In this document: piece by piece, positions 1-10,608 of the stretch
How positions within the stretch are numbered: position 1 is the first letter of the stretch
Layout: every line of letters starts with the position of its first letter
Notes under the pieces: model-generated
What the model saw: only the letters and a program-made list of their open reading frames with translations
Database searches by the model: none
What the model was told of the DNA's origin: nothing
Assembly (NCBI GenBank): GCA_041242255.1
Contig: JBESAV010000001.1
Location: 320,001-384,000 of the forward strand
DNA from: Candidatus Altimarinota bacterium
GTDB taxonomy: Bacteria > Patescibacteriota > Gracilibacteria > UBA1369 > GCA-2718715
Length of the DNA stretch: 64,000 nt
Direction: 5' to 3'
Program-made: the position numbers and the translations under genes

Positions 1-1
1 A

Positions 2-325
2 GAAGAAATGAAACTTGATCCAGGGGTACTAAGACACATCATCATCAAAAGAGATGACAATTTCGAAGTAAAAGATTTCTCAGAAGTTGATGAAGACGAA
101 AACAAAAGAGATATGTCTCCAGGAAGACTTAAAACAAAGAAGTCACCAATCACAAACGAGAAAGCAATCGACTACAAAAACCTTAAAGTACTTAGACAGT
201 ACATCTCTAGATACGGAAAAATCGTTGCTAGAAGATATACAAAAGTAAATCTAAGAGAACAGAAAAAACTTGCTAAAAGCGTAAAAAGAGCAAGACACAT
301 GGCTTTATTACCATTCGTAAGATAA
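2..325 (+). CDS. rpsR: 30S ribosomal protein S18, preceded in frame by a segment resembling the C-terminus of S6 (probable S6-S18 fusion, 5'-truncated by the window)
   Basis: The C-terminal half IDYKNLKVLRQYISRYGKIVARRYT...QKKLAKSVKRARHMALLPF is typical S18. The frame is open to the window edge, and EEMKLDPGVLRHIIIKRD resembles the last helix/strand of S6. Confidence 0.9.
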   Translation, partial: EEMKLDPGVLRHIIIKRDDNFEVKDFSEVDEDENKRDMSPGRLKTKKSPITNEKAIDYKNLKVLRQYISRYGKIVARRYTKVNLREQKKLAKSVKRARHMALLPFVR

Positions 326-348
326 TTCTAAACTATTATCGATTCTAC

Positions 349-376
349 AAACCTCTCCCTAAATGAGAGGTTTTTT
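349..376 (+). terminator. Rho-independent terminator after rpsR
   Basis: AACCTCTC-loop-GAGAGGTT followed by a T-run. Confidence 0.8.
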
Positions 377-437
377 GTTGCCAAAAATAAACATTATGCT
401 GATCTAAGCATATATAGAGACTGAGCGTAGGTTTTTA

Positions 438-446
438 TGTTATAAT
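438..446 (+). promoter_or_regulatory. Extended -10 promoter (TGnTATAAT) for the 466-8646 operon
   Basis: TGTTATAAT about 20 nt upstream of the ATG at 466. Confidence 0.55.
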
Positions 447-465
447 ACTTAGATAACAAATCACT

Positions 466-984
466 ATGAATTCAGAAAAAAATATCAATAAAGCCACCCA
501 AATAGAGATGAACAAAAAGAAACAAATCATCCTAGAGTGGGAAACAGCTCTTTATACTGAATACGAAAGAGGATTCTGGTGGTATGTAATTGCCTCAGCT
601 ATCGCAATTGCCACAATAGTTCTTAGTCTAATCTTTGGATCTAAAACCTTTGCTTTAGTTATTTTCCTAATTTCAATTTCGTACCTAATTCTATCTAAAA
701 AAGAAGTTCCGCATGTCCAAGCTAAGATTACATCGCTTGGTGTGCAATTTGGTGATCAATTCCATAAATACACTGATATTGATTATTTCTGGATAGAAAA
801 ACATCTACCATCATTCCAATCCCTACATCTTTCAAAATCTAAATCTAAAATAGCAGATATTGAAATTCAATTTTACGATTTTACAGATAAGGAGATTATC
901 AACACCCTACAAAGGTTTATCCCTTATCATCCCGATAAACATCCAAGCCTAATTGATCACTTAGTCCATATCCTCAAGTTATGA
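466..984 (+). CDS. Two-TM membrane protein with a C-terminal soluble domain (DUF5673-like, common in CPR)
   Basis: LEWETALYTEYERGFWWY motif, two hydrophobic helices, then ITSLGVQFGDQFHKY. Confidence 0.6.
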   Translation: MNSEKNINKATQIEMNKKKQIILEWETALYTEYERGFWWYVIASAIAIATIVLSLIFGSKTFALVIFLISISYLILSKKEVPHVQAKITSLGVQFGDQFHKYTDIDYFWIEKHLPSFQSLHLSKSKSKIADIEIQFYDFTDKEIINTLQRFIPYHPDKHPSLIDHLVHILKL

Positions 985-2504
985 ACAACGAAATACCAAA
1001 ACTAAATCAACCAGAAACCCTAAAATCAGAAGAAAACTTCGATAAAAATTTCGAACAATTTTTCCTTTCTAATCAGCCATTTCTTCACGAAAAACACGAA
1101 ACCAAATCAGAACTCAAAGCAACCTACGCATCCTTTAATACAAGTATATACCCGTTATTTATTAAGCTATCTCAAGGGAAAGAGAGCTCTGAACAAATTA
1201 CTGAAGAGCTAAATTATTTAGCTAGCCAGGTAATGGCCCAAACTGCACTTGCTTTAGGGTATGATCCAAATCAAAAAATAGAATTAGCTACATCAGATAT
1301 CTTAACTATCAATGCAAATCTAGGCATATTAGTTAAATCAATTCAACAAGATTTGAAATCAGAAAAAAGTTTTTCAGAAATCAAAGAATCTATTAATAGT
1401 TTATTCAACAAAAACATAGACGAAAAAACAAGTAACAAACAAAAACAAGAGTTTATCCAAAAATCTACATCTAATTCCATAGAGGATTTCAACTCACCAA
1501 AAAGCCAGTTGATCCTTTCAACTATGAATGAAGAGGATATCATAACTTTAACTAACCTGCTTCTAAAAGATCCATCTCAAAATCAGCAAAAGATACTACA
1601 CCTTGCTCATAATCTCCCAACTTCAAACCTTACTCTAATTTCTGCTCAGGTTTTAGATAAAGTTAACCAAGATCCTACCAACAAAGCATATCAGGATTTA
1701 TTTCAAAAAATAAACAGCCAAACTTCCCACACAGAGCAAGAGTTTCAAAAAGAATTCACTAAAAACCTAGCCAAAATCGACCCAAAATTCGACTATGGTC
1801 GAGGCTGGGAAGGTTTCTCTCAAAATAGAATCTTCCTTGGAGTAGCATACGTATGGTCAATGATAACCTTCCTAAGTAATCTCTTACAAGCTGGATCACT
1901 AGCTATGGGAAGTGAAAGAAAGAAAAATGCTGGAGTAATCCTTAAGTCTTTAGCCTTAGCCGCTGGTGCCGGAGGAATCATGGGGGTAACTGGAACAGCA
2001 ATATTAACCGGAAAACCCCCTTTAAAAGTAGCCGAAAACTACTTATCTAAGGCCTTTGACTATTTAACTCTTACCAAAGAAGACGTTGATTCTATGAGTG
2101 TACAGGAGACTAAAACCAAGGTTCCACGTTTCCTAGATCAATCAGGTCCATACATTGCGTCTATTTTTACTGATAATGACATCATCCAAGCCTTAACTTC
2201 AACTAATACTCTTATCAATGGAGATGAGCAACTCACTGATAAAAACGCAAACGAGAAACTAAACACTCTTTATGAAGAGATCAGAAAGAAGTCGCCAGAA
2301 AAAGCAGAGTTCTTCAAAAAGAACTATATCAATACTTCCAAAAGCAACTCTCAAAAAGCACTCCTCATAGCTTATTTCCTACAGAAGAGTTACTTAAGAG
2401 AGGGAGTTGGTATAACTACCAGGGATTCATTTATGAGCAAGTTCAAAGAAAATCCAGATAAATATCCAAAAATAGAGGATTTTAAAGCTCTTCAAAATGA
2501 ATAA
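981..2504 (+). CDS. Hypothetical protein with a central hydrophobic, Gly/Ala-rich hairpin
   Basis: 507-aa ORF with ATGA overlap to the upstream gene. Hydrophobic segments IFLGVAYVWSMITFL and LALAAGAGGIMGVTGTAIL. Confidence 0.75.
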   Translation: MNNEIPKLNQPETLKSEENFDKNFEQFFLSNQPFLHEKHETKSELKATYASFNTSIYPLFIKLSQGKESSEQITEELNYLASQVMAQTALALGYDPNQKIELATSDILTINANLGILVKSIQQDLKSEKSFSEIKESINSLFNKNIDEKTSNKQKQEFIQKSTSNSIEDFNSPKSQLILSTMNEEDIITLTNLLLKDPSQNQQKILHLAHNLPTSNLTLISAQVLDKVNQDPTNKAYQDLFQKINSQTSHTEQEFQKEFTKNLAKIDPKFDYGRGWEGFSQNRIFLGVAYVWSMITFLSNLLQAGSLAMGSERKKNAGVILKSLALAAGAGGIMGVTGTAILTGKPPLKVAENYLSKAFDYLTLTKEDVDSMSVQETKTKVPRFLDQSGPYIASIFTDNDIIQALTSTNTLINGDEQLTDKNANEKLNTLYEEIRKKSPEKAEFFKKNYINTSKSNSQKALLIAYFLQKSYLREGVGITTRDSFMSKFKENPDKYPKIEDFKALQNE

Positions 2505-3600
2505 TCAATTCTCCACCAGTTTAGCTGAGCTAAGTCTTGCTTACGTAGACCCAAGTCAGAAGTCAAAAGCCTTCCAATGGCTAACCCCAGCCCCATCTTT
2601 CTTAGATGAAACTAAATCAAAAGAGATAATTTCGGAACTACCAGACCAACTTCAGACTCAACTTTTGAGTAATCAAGACCTCATAAATTTTTTCAGAGAT
2701 GATGTTAGAGCCTTCAAACTCTACACTGAAATGCTCCCATCCAATCAGATCCTTTCTGATCAAGATCTAGATGATCACATTACTATTGAGGAGTTTAACC
2801 AGTTCTTTAAAGAAAACTACATTTCTACAGAAGCTTATAAATTACCTCCAAAAAAACTTAAAGAATATCAACCAACCGATCCGAATGGTGAGTCCCAAAC
2901 TTGGGAAAGTTATCTAAGCAAACAAGCCCAACTCCAAGAGTCTTCTCAAAGCACTCAGGTTAAACCAAACTTCAGCTTAAAATATTTTTATACAAACCTT
3001 TTACCATCAAGCAGAATAGAATTTTTAAATGAGAAGCTAAATCCCCAAGAACAAACTTTCCAAACAAACAGTTTTTCGCCATCTCTTCAAGCTAACCTAT
3101 CAGAGTTACCAGAATTAAACACTTTGTCAGAACAACCTAGTCCTCAATTCTCAATAATAAAACAGCCAGCCAGTACTCAGGCTACAACAAACTACTCCAT
3201 CAAGGCCAATCAACCACAATCTAATCTAGAAGTCTCAAAGGAGACAATTTCAAAGGATTTAAATATAACTCAAGACATTGATGTTGGTTTTTCGCAAGCG
3301 CAAGTTCCCATGGTAGAAACTCTCGAACTTCAAAATCAAATAGCTATTGAAAATCAGTCTCAACTTAATAATCTTTCACAATCTAAAGAAACAGCTCAAC
3401 AGAGCCAACAAGCTGGGCCTCAAAATATACAAGACCCCTCAAAAAACAAAATCATCCTACAAAATGCATTAAACCAATCACAAAGCCCACAAAATAGACA
3501 AAAAGGCATAAATTATGCTAAAATAATAGGATATTCATCAGCTGGACTACTAACAACCGGTAGTAGCGCCCTAGCAATATTTAACACCTTATTTGGATGA
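2497..3600 (+). CDS. Hypothetical Q/S/N-rich protein with a C-terminal hydrophobic anchor
   Basis: 367-aa ORF overlapping its neighbours and ending IIGYSSAGLLTTGSSALAIFNTLFG. Confidence 0.7.
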   Translation: MNNQFSTSLAELSLAYVDPSQKSKAFQWLTPAPSFLDETKSKEIISELPDQLQTQLLSNQDLINFFRDDVRAFKLYTEMLPSNQILSDQDLDDHITIEEFNQFFKENYISTEAYKLPPKKLKEYQPTDPNGESQTWESYLSKQAQLQESSQSTQVKPNFSLKYFYTNLLPSSRIEFLNEKLNPQEQTFQTNSFSPSLQANLSELPELNTLSEQPSPQFSIIKQPASTQATTNYSIKANQPQSNLEVSKETISKDLNITQDIDVGFSQAQVPMVETLELQNQIAIENQSQLNNLSQSKETAQQSQQAGPQNIQDPSKNKIILQNALNQSQSPQNRQKGINYAKIIGYSSAGLLTTGSSALAIFNTLFG

Positions 3601-5549
3601 GACAAATGTTAAAGAAATTAATCAGCGCAGAAAGTATCAAGATTATTACTTTTCTTGGGTGTGCAATCTTTACTATTTGTTTCACACAAATTGACACAAA
3701 CCACACAGCTTTCGCTCAAAATCAAAATCAAACACAAACTCAGGATGCAAGCAATCAAACTCCAACCGGTGCATCAGTTGATACCGCAACAGCTATTCAA
3801 AATCAAAATTCAATCCTAGCTACATATGACGAAACCCTTCAGTCGGTTTCATCTCTGCTTACTTTTGTTGTAAGAGCTTTCAATTATCTGTTGTGGCCAA
3901 TCCTATTTTTGATAGGTGGTCTCATGGATAACTCCCTGATTTTTGGCCCTGGTGTCGAAGATAGGCTTTACCTTATTTGGAGCCAAATCCGTAACCTAAT
4001 CAACCTTCTCTTTGCTGTAGTTCTGATCGGAGTAGCTATATACAACGTCCTTGGATTAAGCAAAGACGGAAATTACAGCCTTAAAACATTTTTACCAAGC
4101 ATGGTAGTGACTCTTGTTTTAGTAAACTTCTCTTTCTTTGGAGTAAGACTAGCTCTAGATGCTGCTAATGTAGCGACCACAGCCGTATTTGCTTTACCAA
4201 ATGCTGTTGAGCAACAGTTTAGTCCAGAAAGACGACAAACCATTGAAGAAGGGCTTTGTAATAACGAAGCCATCAAAGACATCCAGGATGCTACCAACTC
4301 AACCAACGCCGCTAATCTAACGGAGGCTACTACCAGAATTTGTAATGGAACAATTTTTTCAGAAAACGGTCTAGCTCAGTTCCAATCATTAGATAAAAAC
4401 AACATGGCATTAGTCATGGCAATTTCGTTTAACCGTGTTGCCGATATCCTAGAGCCAAGCCAACTCACGATTTCAAATCCAAGCCTAATTAACCTAGCAA
4501 TAAATCTTTTAATAGTAATCTTGCTGCAAATTGCATACATTTCTGGATTCTTTGCACTCTTCGCAGTACTTGTAGCCCGAGTTATTGCTATGTGGATTGT
4601 TACAATTGCCTCTCCACTTCTAGTCCTAAAGATTGGAATGAGCAAAGCTAACATCCCAGGTATGAGCTTCCTAGATTCAATCGACTTAGAGAAAATGTTC
4701 GTAAAGCATGCAACAGCCCCAATCAAGATCGGTTTAGCCATGAGTGTAGGGTATATGATGCTAGATGTATTCCAAAGTGTTGGATCTCCAAGCTTATACT
4801 TCCCATTAGGTGACGATTTTTCTAACGTATTCTCAGGTGTAAGCAGCATTAACGAGCTTTTCGTAGCTGCGGTTGCTATTGCCATCGTTTGGAAAGTCAG
4901 CTTTGACGCAGCCGATGATACCTTTGCAAGTTCAATCACAAACAAATATAGAAGCTGGGCCCAAGGCCTAGGTCTCCAAGTTAGAGACTTACTAATACAA
5001 AGAACCCCAATTATACCTCAAGCCAGTAGTAAAGAAGGTGGTGGTAAAGCTTTATCTTTAGGGCAAATTGGTAAGGCTCCAAGCAAACTAATAAGTGATG
5101 CTGGTGAAAAATTTGATAAAGTTACAGGTAACAGCAAAGCAAATTCAATCACAGCTAGAAATCTACAAAGTCAGCCTGGTAGAGTTTTAACTGATGCCGA
5201 CTCAAGTAAAATTACTAACCTAAGCAAAAAAGAGACAAGAATTCTGGCAAATGGTATAATGGCTTCAGACGATCCTGCATATAAGAATGCTTTTGATTCA
5301 GCCAATAAAGCCCAAATTACTAGAGGTCTAGAGCAAATCCGTCGAAGAGAAGTCCTTCAGAAAAATGACTATAATGGACTAGATGCACTTATAAAAGAGA
5401 TTAAAGAAAGCAAAGAGGAAGATATGAGTAACTCTCAAGCTTTAGAACGAGCACGAGAATTCTTAAGGAAAGATAGTGAAAAACCTGTCTATAGAAAAGC
5501 TGATTACGATAAGGATTACAAGCGTATAAATTCAGACGATAATGAATAA
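3597..5549 (+). CDS. Polytopic membrane protein, VirB6/TrbL-like CPR family (tentative)
   Basis: Signal-like N-terminus and multiple TMs. The motif WSQIRNLINLLFAVVLIGVA...LKTFLPSMVVTLVLVNFS...LDAANV resembles CPR VirB6-like proteins. Confidence 0.55.
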   Translation: MRQMLKKLISAESIKIITFLGCAIFTICFTQIDTNHTAFAQNQNQTQTQDASNQTPTGASVDTATAIQNQNSILATYDETLQSVSSLLTFVVRAFNYLLWPILFLIGGLMDNSLIFGPGVEDRLYLIWSQIRNLINLLFAVVLIGVAIYNVLGLSKDGNYSLKTFLPSMVVTLVLVNFSFFGVRLALDAANVATTAVFALPNAVEQQFSPERRQTIEEGLCNNEAIKDIQDATNSTNAANLTEATTRICNGTIFSENGLAQFQSLDKNNMALVMAISFNRVADILEPSQLTISNPSLINLAINLLIVILLQIAYISGFFALFAVLVARVIAMWIVTIASPLLVLKIGMSKANIPGMSFLDSIDLEKMFVKHATAPIKIGLAMSVGYMMLDVFQSVGSPSLYFPLGDDFSNVFSGVSSINELFVAAVAIAIVWKVSFDAADDTFASSITNKYRSWAQGLGLQVRDLLIQRTPIIPQASSKEGGGKALSLGQIGKAPSKLISDAGEKFDKVTGNSKANSITARNLQSQPGRVLTDADSSKITNLSKKETRILANGIMASDDPAYKNAFDSANKAQITRGLEQIRRREVLQKNDYNGLDALIKEIKESKEEDMSNSQALERAREFLRKDSEKPVYRKADYDKDYKRINSDDNE

Positions 5550-8500
5550 TACCAACAACTTAAATCCACGGGAAAACCCAAACACTCCAACAGGCCTGGA
5601 AGAGCAAAGCGACCCCTCTCAGACCTTAGAGCTACTTCAGAACTCGACCAGTGAAAATATTGAAGGTCTTTTAGATGATCCAGATGGCCTACAAACCTTA
5701 AATATTCAGTCAGAAAAACTCAAAACAGACATAGAAGAGTTAAATGCATCCATCAATCCAATCTCACAAAAAGTTGAACAGGAATTCTCACAAAATTTCC
5801 CAGATCTAAATCAAGACCAACTCAACTGGATCCAAATCTACTTCCTTAAATTTAAAGATGCAAACAAGATCAAAAACAACATTATTCAAACCAAAGCTTT
5901 TCCTGAAATAGATGAAAATCTTCTAGAGGAAACCATCCAGAATCTTTTAGACGACGAGGATATAAAAACTTTGCCCGAACTTTACACAAAACTTACACAA
6001 AAAGAAAAAGAGATCCAAGACGCCATAAGCTCACTAAACCAAGGTATTGAAGATTTAAAGACTCTTGATTACTTAGTCAAAAAGTTCACTGAAGAAACTG
6101 GAATCCATTTCAATAACAACCTAAAAGCTTATTGTACAGTAAAAACAATTAATGCAGAGGGAGAAACTGAAGACCTTACCATGACCGTCATTCAGTCAAA
6201 ACTAGTCCAAAACCAAGCAGTATTCAAAGTAAAGTATGTTGATCCTATAACAGTAGATGAAGTAGAAAAAGTTTTTACTTCAGAACAACTTAAAAATTTA
6301 CTTTTCCACGGACAAGCCCTCAATATGGAGATAAACAGTCCTAAAGACATCAATCATTATCTAGATCTAGACAGGTTAGGATTAAATATCACTAAAAATT
6401 CATTAGACTACGTTAATTCAGACAACCAAGTCTCTCGAATACAAGTAGTCCAAAAATTCAAACAGAAAATTGAGCTTTCTGAAGAAGTTTTTATCAACTC
6501 AGAGAAAAAATCCACTCTAACTCTTGCAGAGTTCCTAAAGTGGGCCACTCTCCACAAGGCTATGCCAACTTTAAACCATGACCAATTACAAGAGGCAACA
6601 TCAAAACTTCCAGATTTAATTTCAAGCAAAACATCATATCCTAGAGAAGATATCTCAAACTACAATATTCAGGTAGGATCAAGTTTCAACTCACCTATAG
6701 ATCAACTTCCTATTACAATCACAAGCCTAGACTCTGATCAAATTACTTACAATTATGGTCCAGACCTACAACTAAAAGCTACAAATTCAATGTTCTTAAG
6801 AACTTTAATGAAAGGCTTATACATACCAGTTCTACCTGCACTAGCTCAAGAAGATAGTTCTGACTCAAACGACACAAATGAGGAGCGAGATGGGTCTCTT
6901 CCACCAAACCAAGACCTTCCTCAAGATAATGATCAGCCACCTGAAACAGAAGATCAATCAAGTGAATCATCTAAGAAAAATGTTCAGCAATACGAGTTCG
7001 GATCTCCACCAAATCCACTTGATATATCGACTTGGACAGGATTAATTGGTAAGGTCTTAACTTTCAATGGTCACATTACATATCTTTCTTATACTGACTG
7101 GTCAGAGACTTTAATTCCAAAAATTGTAGATAATATCCGTACTTCTCTCAAAAATAAAAGCCAGCTGAAAATGGGTAAAAACTTCAAAAATCTACCTCTA
7201 ATCGGTGATGATATGGCTGATATTGAATCAGCTGCAAAGCGTGAACAAGTCGAAGCAGCCAAGTCCGTACTAGATCGAATAGGTAATTGGAGAAAAGTAC
7301 AAGATATCATATGTTCCACCGATGATATATTTCAATTTATAGCTGCCACCAACTTTCTAAAGGACAAAGGTTATCTACCAACTTACAATGAACGTTATCT
7401 TCAAAACGTAAATAGACTAGCTGGAAACCTAGGTATGCCAACCTTTGATATACCAGATGATATTCAAGCAAATAGGTCCATTATTGATAAATATCTAATT
7501 GATTTTTACGATAGTCTTCTCGATCCAGGTGATGGGATAAGAATGATCAATAGCAACAAATCCAATGAGGAAAGTTCCATCCAAGAGTACAAACGTCAGT
7601 CTAGTGAGATCTTTTCTCAAAACCCAAACTGGGGGTTAACCAAGCTTCACAGTATCTTAACCGATTACCGTGCCGGAAAAGAAATCGATCCACATGAGTA
7701 CAAAGGTTATCTACTTGGTGCCTATGACTCAGGGGAGGTAGGTGAAGTTGAACTACTGACCTACTTCGTCCTAGGTAATACCATAAAAGATTCCAACGGA
7801 GACACCTTAGTGAAAGGTTACGAAGCTCTTGTCGCAAGCCTAAAAAAAGAATTCATCGGATTCAACCTTCTGCTAGACCAAAACTTAGAAGAATTATCTA
7901 GTTTTTTCGATAAAAACATTTTAGTTTCAGGGGCAATTCCTGAGCCTACAGGAGGCGGTTCTGCCAGTACTCTAGAGCAAAGATTTGGAGCCAAGAAAGC
8001 TGAAATGATCACAAATTACGTATACTTTACCAACCTCAGCGTAAAAGTTACCAAAAAACAAAATGAGTACCTTAAAGATAGAGCTCTCAAGAAAGAACAC
8101 GCCGGTTACAGCATTTTCTCTCAAGATTTCTCTAGCCTCTACAAGGATTTTGCCTTCATACCACCAACTTCTTCATCAGCACTTACTACAGAACAAGTAG
8201 TACAAAGTTTTAAAACGTTCCCTCAAGTTCTAAAAGCCTATTCAGATGTAGCTAAAGCAGGTGAGTCAGAGTACATAAACGATCCAAGCAAATTTGCGGG
8301 TTATAAAGGTCGTATAAAAAACTCCCTTATGTCCTATATCTTAATCGAAGGAGCTTATACAGACCGGGTACAACCAAGGAAAGGCTCTAAAGCAGGTGGG
8401 GACATTAATGACCAAGAAAAGAAAGGTACAAAATCCAAAAGAGAACAATCCCGCAAATTTATCACAGAGGTCCTAGTAGACTGCCTTGGTCCATCTCAGG

Positions 8501-8646
8501 AAGACTCAATCAACCAGCTTTTCAAAGCTTATAGTAAAGAAAACGACAAACACCATGAAACCTTCTACCAAGATATAACATCTATCTTCCAGCAGATCGA
8601 TCCAGATAAGTTATTCGAAAGCCTCAAGAGACACAGTATAGGCTAG
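5542..8646 (+). CDS. Large hypothetical soluble protein (1034 aa)
   Basis: Long ORF overlapping the upstream stop codon. It has a coiled-coil-like N-terminus and an acidic linker, with no recognisable motif. Confidence 0.75.
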   Translation: MNNTNNLNPRENPNTPTGLEEQSDPSQTLELLQNSTSENIEGLLDDPDGLQTLNIQSEKLKTDIEELNASINPISQKVEQEFSQNFPDLNQDQLNWIQIYFLKFKDANKIKNNIIQTKAFPEIDENLLEETIQNLLDDEDIKTLPELYTKLTQKEKEIQDAISSLNQGIEDLKTLDYLVKKFTEETGIHFNNNLKAYCTVKTINAEGETEDLTMTVIQSKLVQNQAVFKVKYVDPITVDEVEKVFTSEQLKNLLFHGQALNMEINSPKDINHYLDLDRLGLNITKNSLDYVNSDNQVSRIQVVQKFKQKIELSEEVFINSEKKSTLTLAEFLKWATLHKAMPTLNHDQLQEATSKLPDLISSKTSYPREDISNYNIQVGSSFNSPIDQLPITITSLDSDQITYNYGPDLQLKATNSMFLRTLMKGLYIPVLPALAQEDSSDSNDTNEERDGSLPPNQDLPQDNDQPPETEDQSSESSKKNVQQYEFGSPPNPLDISTWTGLIGKVLTFNGHITYLSYTDWSETLIPKIVDNIRTSLKNKSQLKMGKNFKNLPLIGDDMADIESAAKREQVEAAKSVLDRIGNWRKVQDIICSTDDIFQFIAATNFLKDKGYLPTYNERYLQNVNRLAGNLGMPTFDIPDDIQANRSIIDKYLIDFYDSLLDPGDGIRMINSNKSNEESSIQEYKRQSSEIFSQNPNWGLTKLHSILTDYRAGKEIDPHEYKGYLLGAYDSGEVGEVELLTYFVLGNTIKDSNGDTLVKGYEALVASLKKEFIGFNLLLDQNLEELSSFFDKNILVSGAIPEPTGGGSASTLEQRFGAKKAEMITNYVYFTNLSVKVTKKQNEYLKDRALKKEHAGYSIFSQDFSSLYKDFAFIPPTSSSALTTEQVVQSFKTFPQVLKAYSDVAKAGESEYINDPSKFAGYKGRIKNSLMSYILIEGAYTDRVQPRKGSKAGGDINDQEKKGTKSKREQSRKFITEVLVDCLGPSQEDSINQLFKAYSKENDKHHETFYQDITSIFQQIDPDKLFESLKRHSIG

Positions 8647-10433
8647 TTAAGCTCATGTTTCTTGTATTCTTTTGAAATTCTTTCTACAAAGTCATCCAAT
8701 CCTTCTACTTCCTGAGATTTTGTTTTGTAGTTTCTCACGCTCACTGTTTTATCATTCATCTCTTGTTCTCCCACCACCAGGATGTAGTTGATATGAGCTT
8801 TTTCAGCGTTCCTAATTCGTTTTCCGAGACTATCTCCGCTTGAATCAATTTCAGCTCTTAAACCAGCATCTCGCAAGCGAGAAAGCACTTCTTGACCGTA
8901 TTCCTCAAACTTCTCAATAACTGGTACAACTACAACCTGTCTCGGAGCTAACCAAAGAGGGAAGACTCCGGCAAAGTGTTCAATCATAACTCCCATAAAC
9001 CTCTCTAATGACCCAGATATAGCTCTGTGAATCACTACGGGTCTTTCTTTTTCATTTTCTTCATTAATATATGAAAGATCAAATCTCTCAGGTAACTGGA
9101 AATCAAGTTGGACTGTAGCCAATTGCCACTCACGTCCAATTGCATCCTTAAACATAAAGTCTAGTTTAGGACCATAGAAAGCTGCCTCTCCTTCAATTCT
9201 TTTATAGTTTAAATCCTCATTCACAAGTATGTCTTCCAAAGCCTTTTCAGCATCATCCCAAACTGAAGCTTCTCCCAAGTACTTATCAGGAGTCTCAGGA
9301 TCTCTAACAGATAAACTTATCCAATACTCATCTGCCATCCCAAGCGTCCCATAAAATTCTTTAATAATTTCTACAATAGTCTTAACTTCCTCTTCAATTT
9401 GACCAACTCTACAGAAAAGATGTCCATCATCTTGAGTAATAGCTCTAACACGTGTTAAACCAGAAAGTTGCCCTGACTTCTCATTTCTATAAACAGTAGC
9501 AGGCTCAAAATATCTAACCGGCATATCTCTATAACTCCAATGATTATCCGCAAAAATCTGCATATGATGTGGACAATTCATCGGCTTCATACAAAAACTT
9601 TCACTTTCATGGCTTCCATCTACTCGGAAAAGCTCATCCCCAAACTTAGCGGCGTGCCCAGAAGTTTCATACAAGTCCATTTTGGCAATATGGGGGGTCC
9701 AAACTCTTTGGTAACCTCTTTTCCCATGTAGCTCCCATAGGTAATTCTCAACTTCTTGTCTAATAATCATCCCATTCGGCTTCAAAAGAGGCAATCCAGC
9801 TCCCACTAAGTCCGAAATAGTAAATAAGTCCAACTTAGCTCCCAACTTCCTGTGGTCTCTCTTCTCAGCTTCTTTTAGCATATTCAAATAATCATTCAGC
9901 TCATCTTTAGTTTCAAAAAGGTAACCATAAACTCTTTGCAACATTTTATTGTTTTCGTCACCTTTGAAATATGCACCAGCAATCTTAGCCAGCTTAAAGT
10001 AACCAATGTCACCAGTATGCTCAGTATGCCCACCCTTACATAGGTCTACAAATTTAACATCACCCTTTCTATCAACATTCTCATAAAAAGTAACAGTCTT
10101 TTTCCCTTTCTCTTTAAGCTCATCAATCACATCGATTTTATAAACTTGCCCAGTTTTCTCTAAAAACTCTTTTGCTTCATCTATATCCACAACTTTTTCT
10201 ACGAACTCTTGTTTCTGTTTCTGGATCTGCTTCATTCTTTTCTCAAGTAGTTTCAAATCCTCTGGGATCAAAGTTCTAGGTAGATCAAAATCATAGTAAA
10301 ACCCATTCTCTACTGGAGGACCAAAAGCTAGCTTAGCTTCAGGAAACATCTCAAGAACAGCCTGTGCAAGAACGTGAGCTGCAGAGTGACGCATTTTATA
10401 TACTTGATCGTGAACTACTTCAGAATTAGACAT
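8643..10433 (-). CDS. thrS: Threonine--tRNA ligase (short form lacking the TGS domain)
   Basis: RHSAAHVLAQAV, GFYYDFD, DLCKGGH, RDHRKLG, KPMNCPHH, GEAAFYGPKLD and HRAISGSLERF motifs. Confidence 0.98.
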   Translation of the reverse strand: MSNSEVVHDQVYKMRHSAAHVLAQAVLEMFPEAKLAFGPPVENGFYYDFDLPRTLIPEDLKLLEKRMKQIQKQKQEFVEKVVDIDEAKEFLEKTGQVYKIDVIDELKEKGKKTVTFYENVDRKGDVKFVDLCKGGHTEHTGDIGYFKLAKIAGAYFKGDENNKMLQRVYGYLFETKDELNDYLNMLKEAEKRDHRKLGAKLDLFTISDLVGAGLPLLKPNGMIIRQEVENYLWELHGKRGYQRVWTPHIAKMDLYETSGHAAKFGDELFRVDGSHESESFCMKPMNCPHHMQIFADNHWSYRDMPVRYFEPATVYRNEKSGQLSGLTRVRAITQDDGHLFCRVGQIEEEVKTIVEIIKEFYGTLGMADEYWISLSVRDPETPDKYLGEASVWDDAEKALEDILVNEDLNYKRIEGEAAFYGPKLDFMFKDAIGREWQLATVQLDFQLPERFDLSYINEENEKERPVVIHRAISGSLERFMGVMIEHFAGVFPLWLAPRQVVVVPVIEKFEEYGQEVLSRLRDAGLRAEIDSSGDSLGKRIRNAEKAHINYILVVGEQEMNDKTVSVRNYKTKSQEVEGLDDFVERISKEYKKHELN

Positions 10434-10608
10434 TTTTTACTTTTAATTTACTAAAGACAGTCTATTTATTTAACTAACATTTGTCCAATAAAAGCCACTT
10501 CTTTCTATACTCTTCAAAAATTAGGGTCGGCATGTTCCTTTAAGTTTACCATCAATTCTCTTTACTATCCAGTAAAAACCCCTCAGTATAACCAAAAAAC
10601 ATCTCAAA

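Noticed and set aside
4073-4945. Antisense ORFs (77 and 189 aa) and similar short shadow ORFs throughout the window
   Set aside because: They lie wholly opposite or within well-supported genes and show no motifs.
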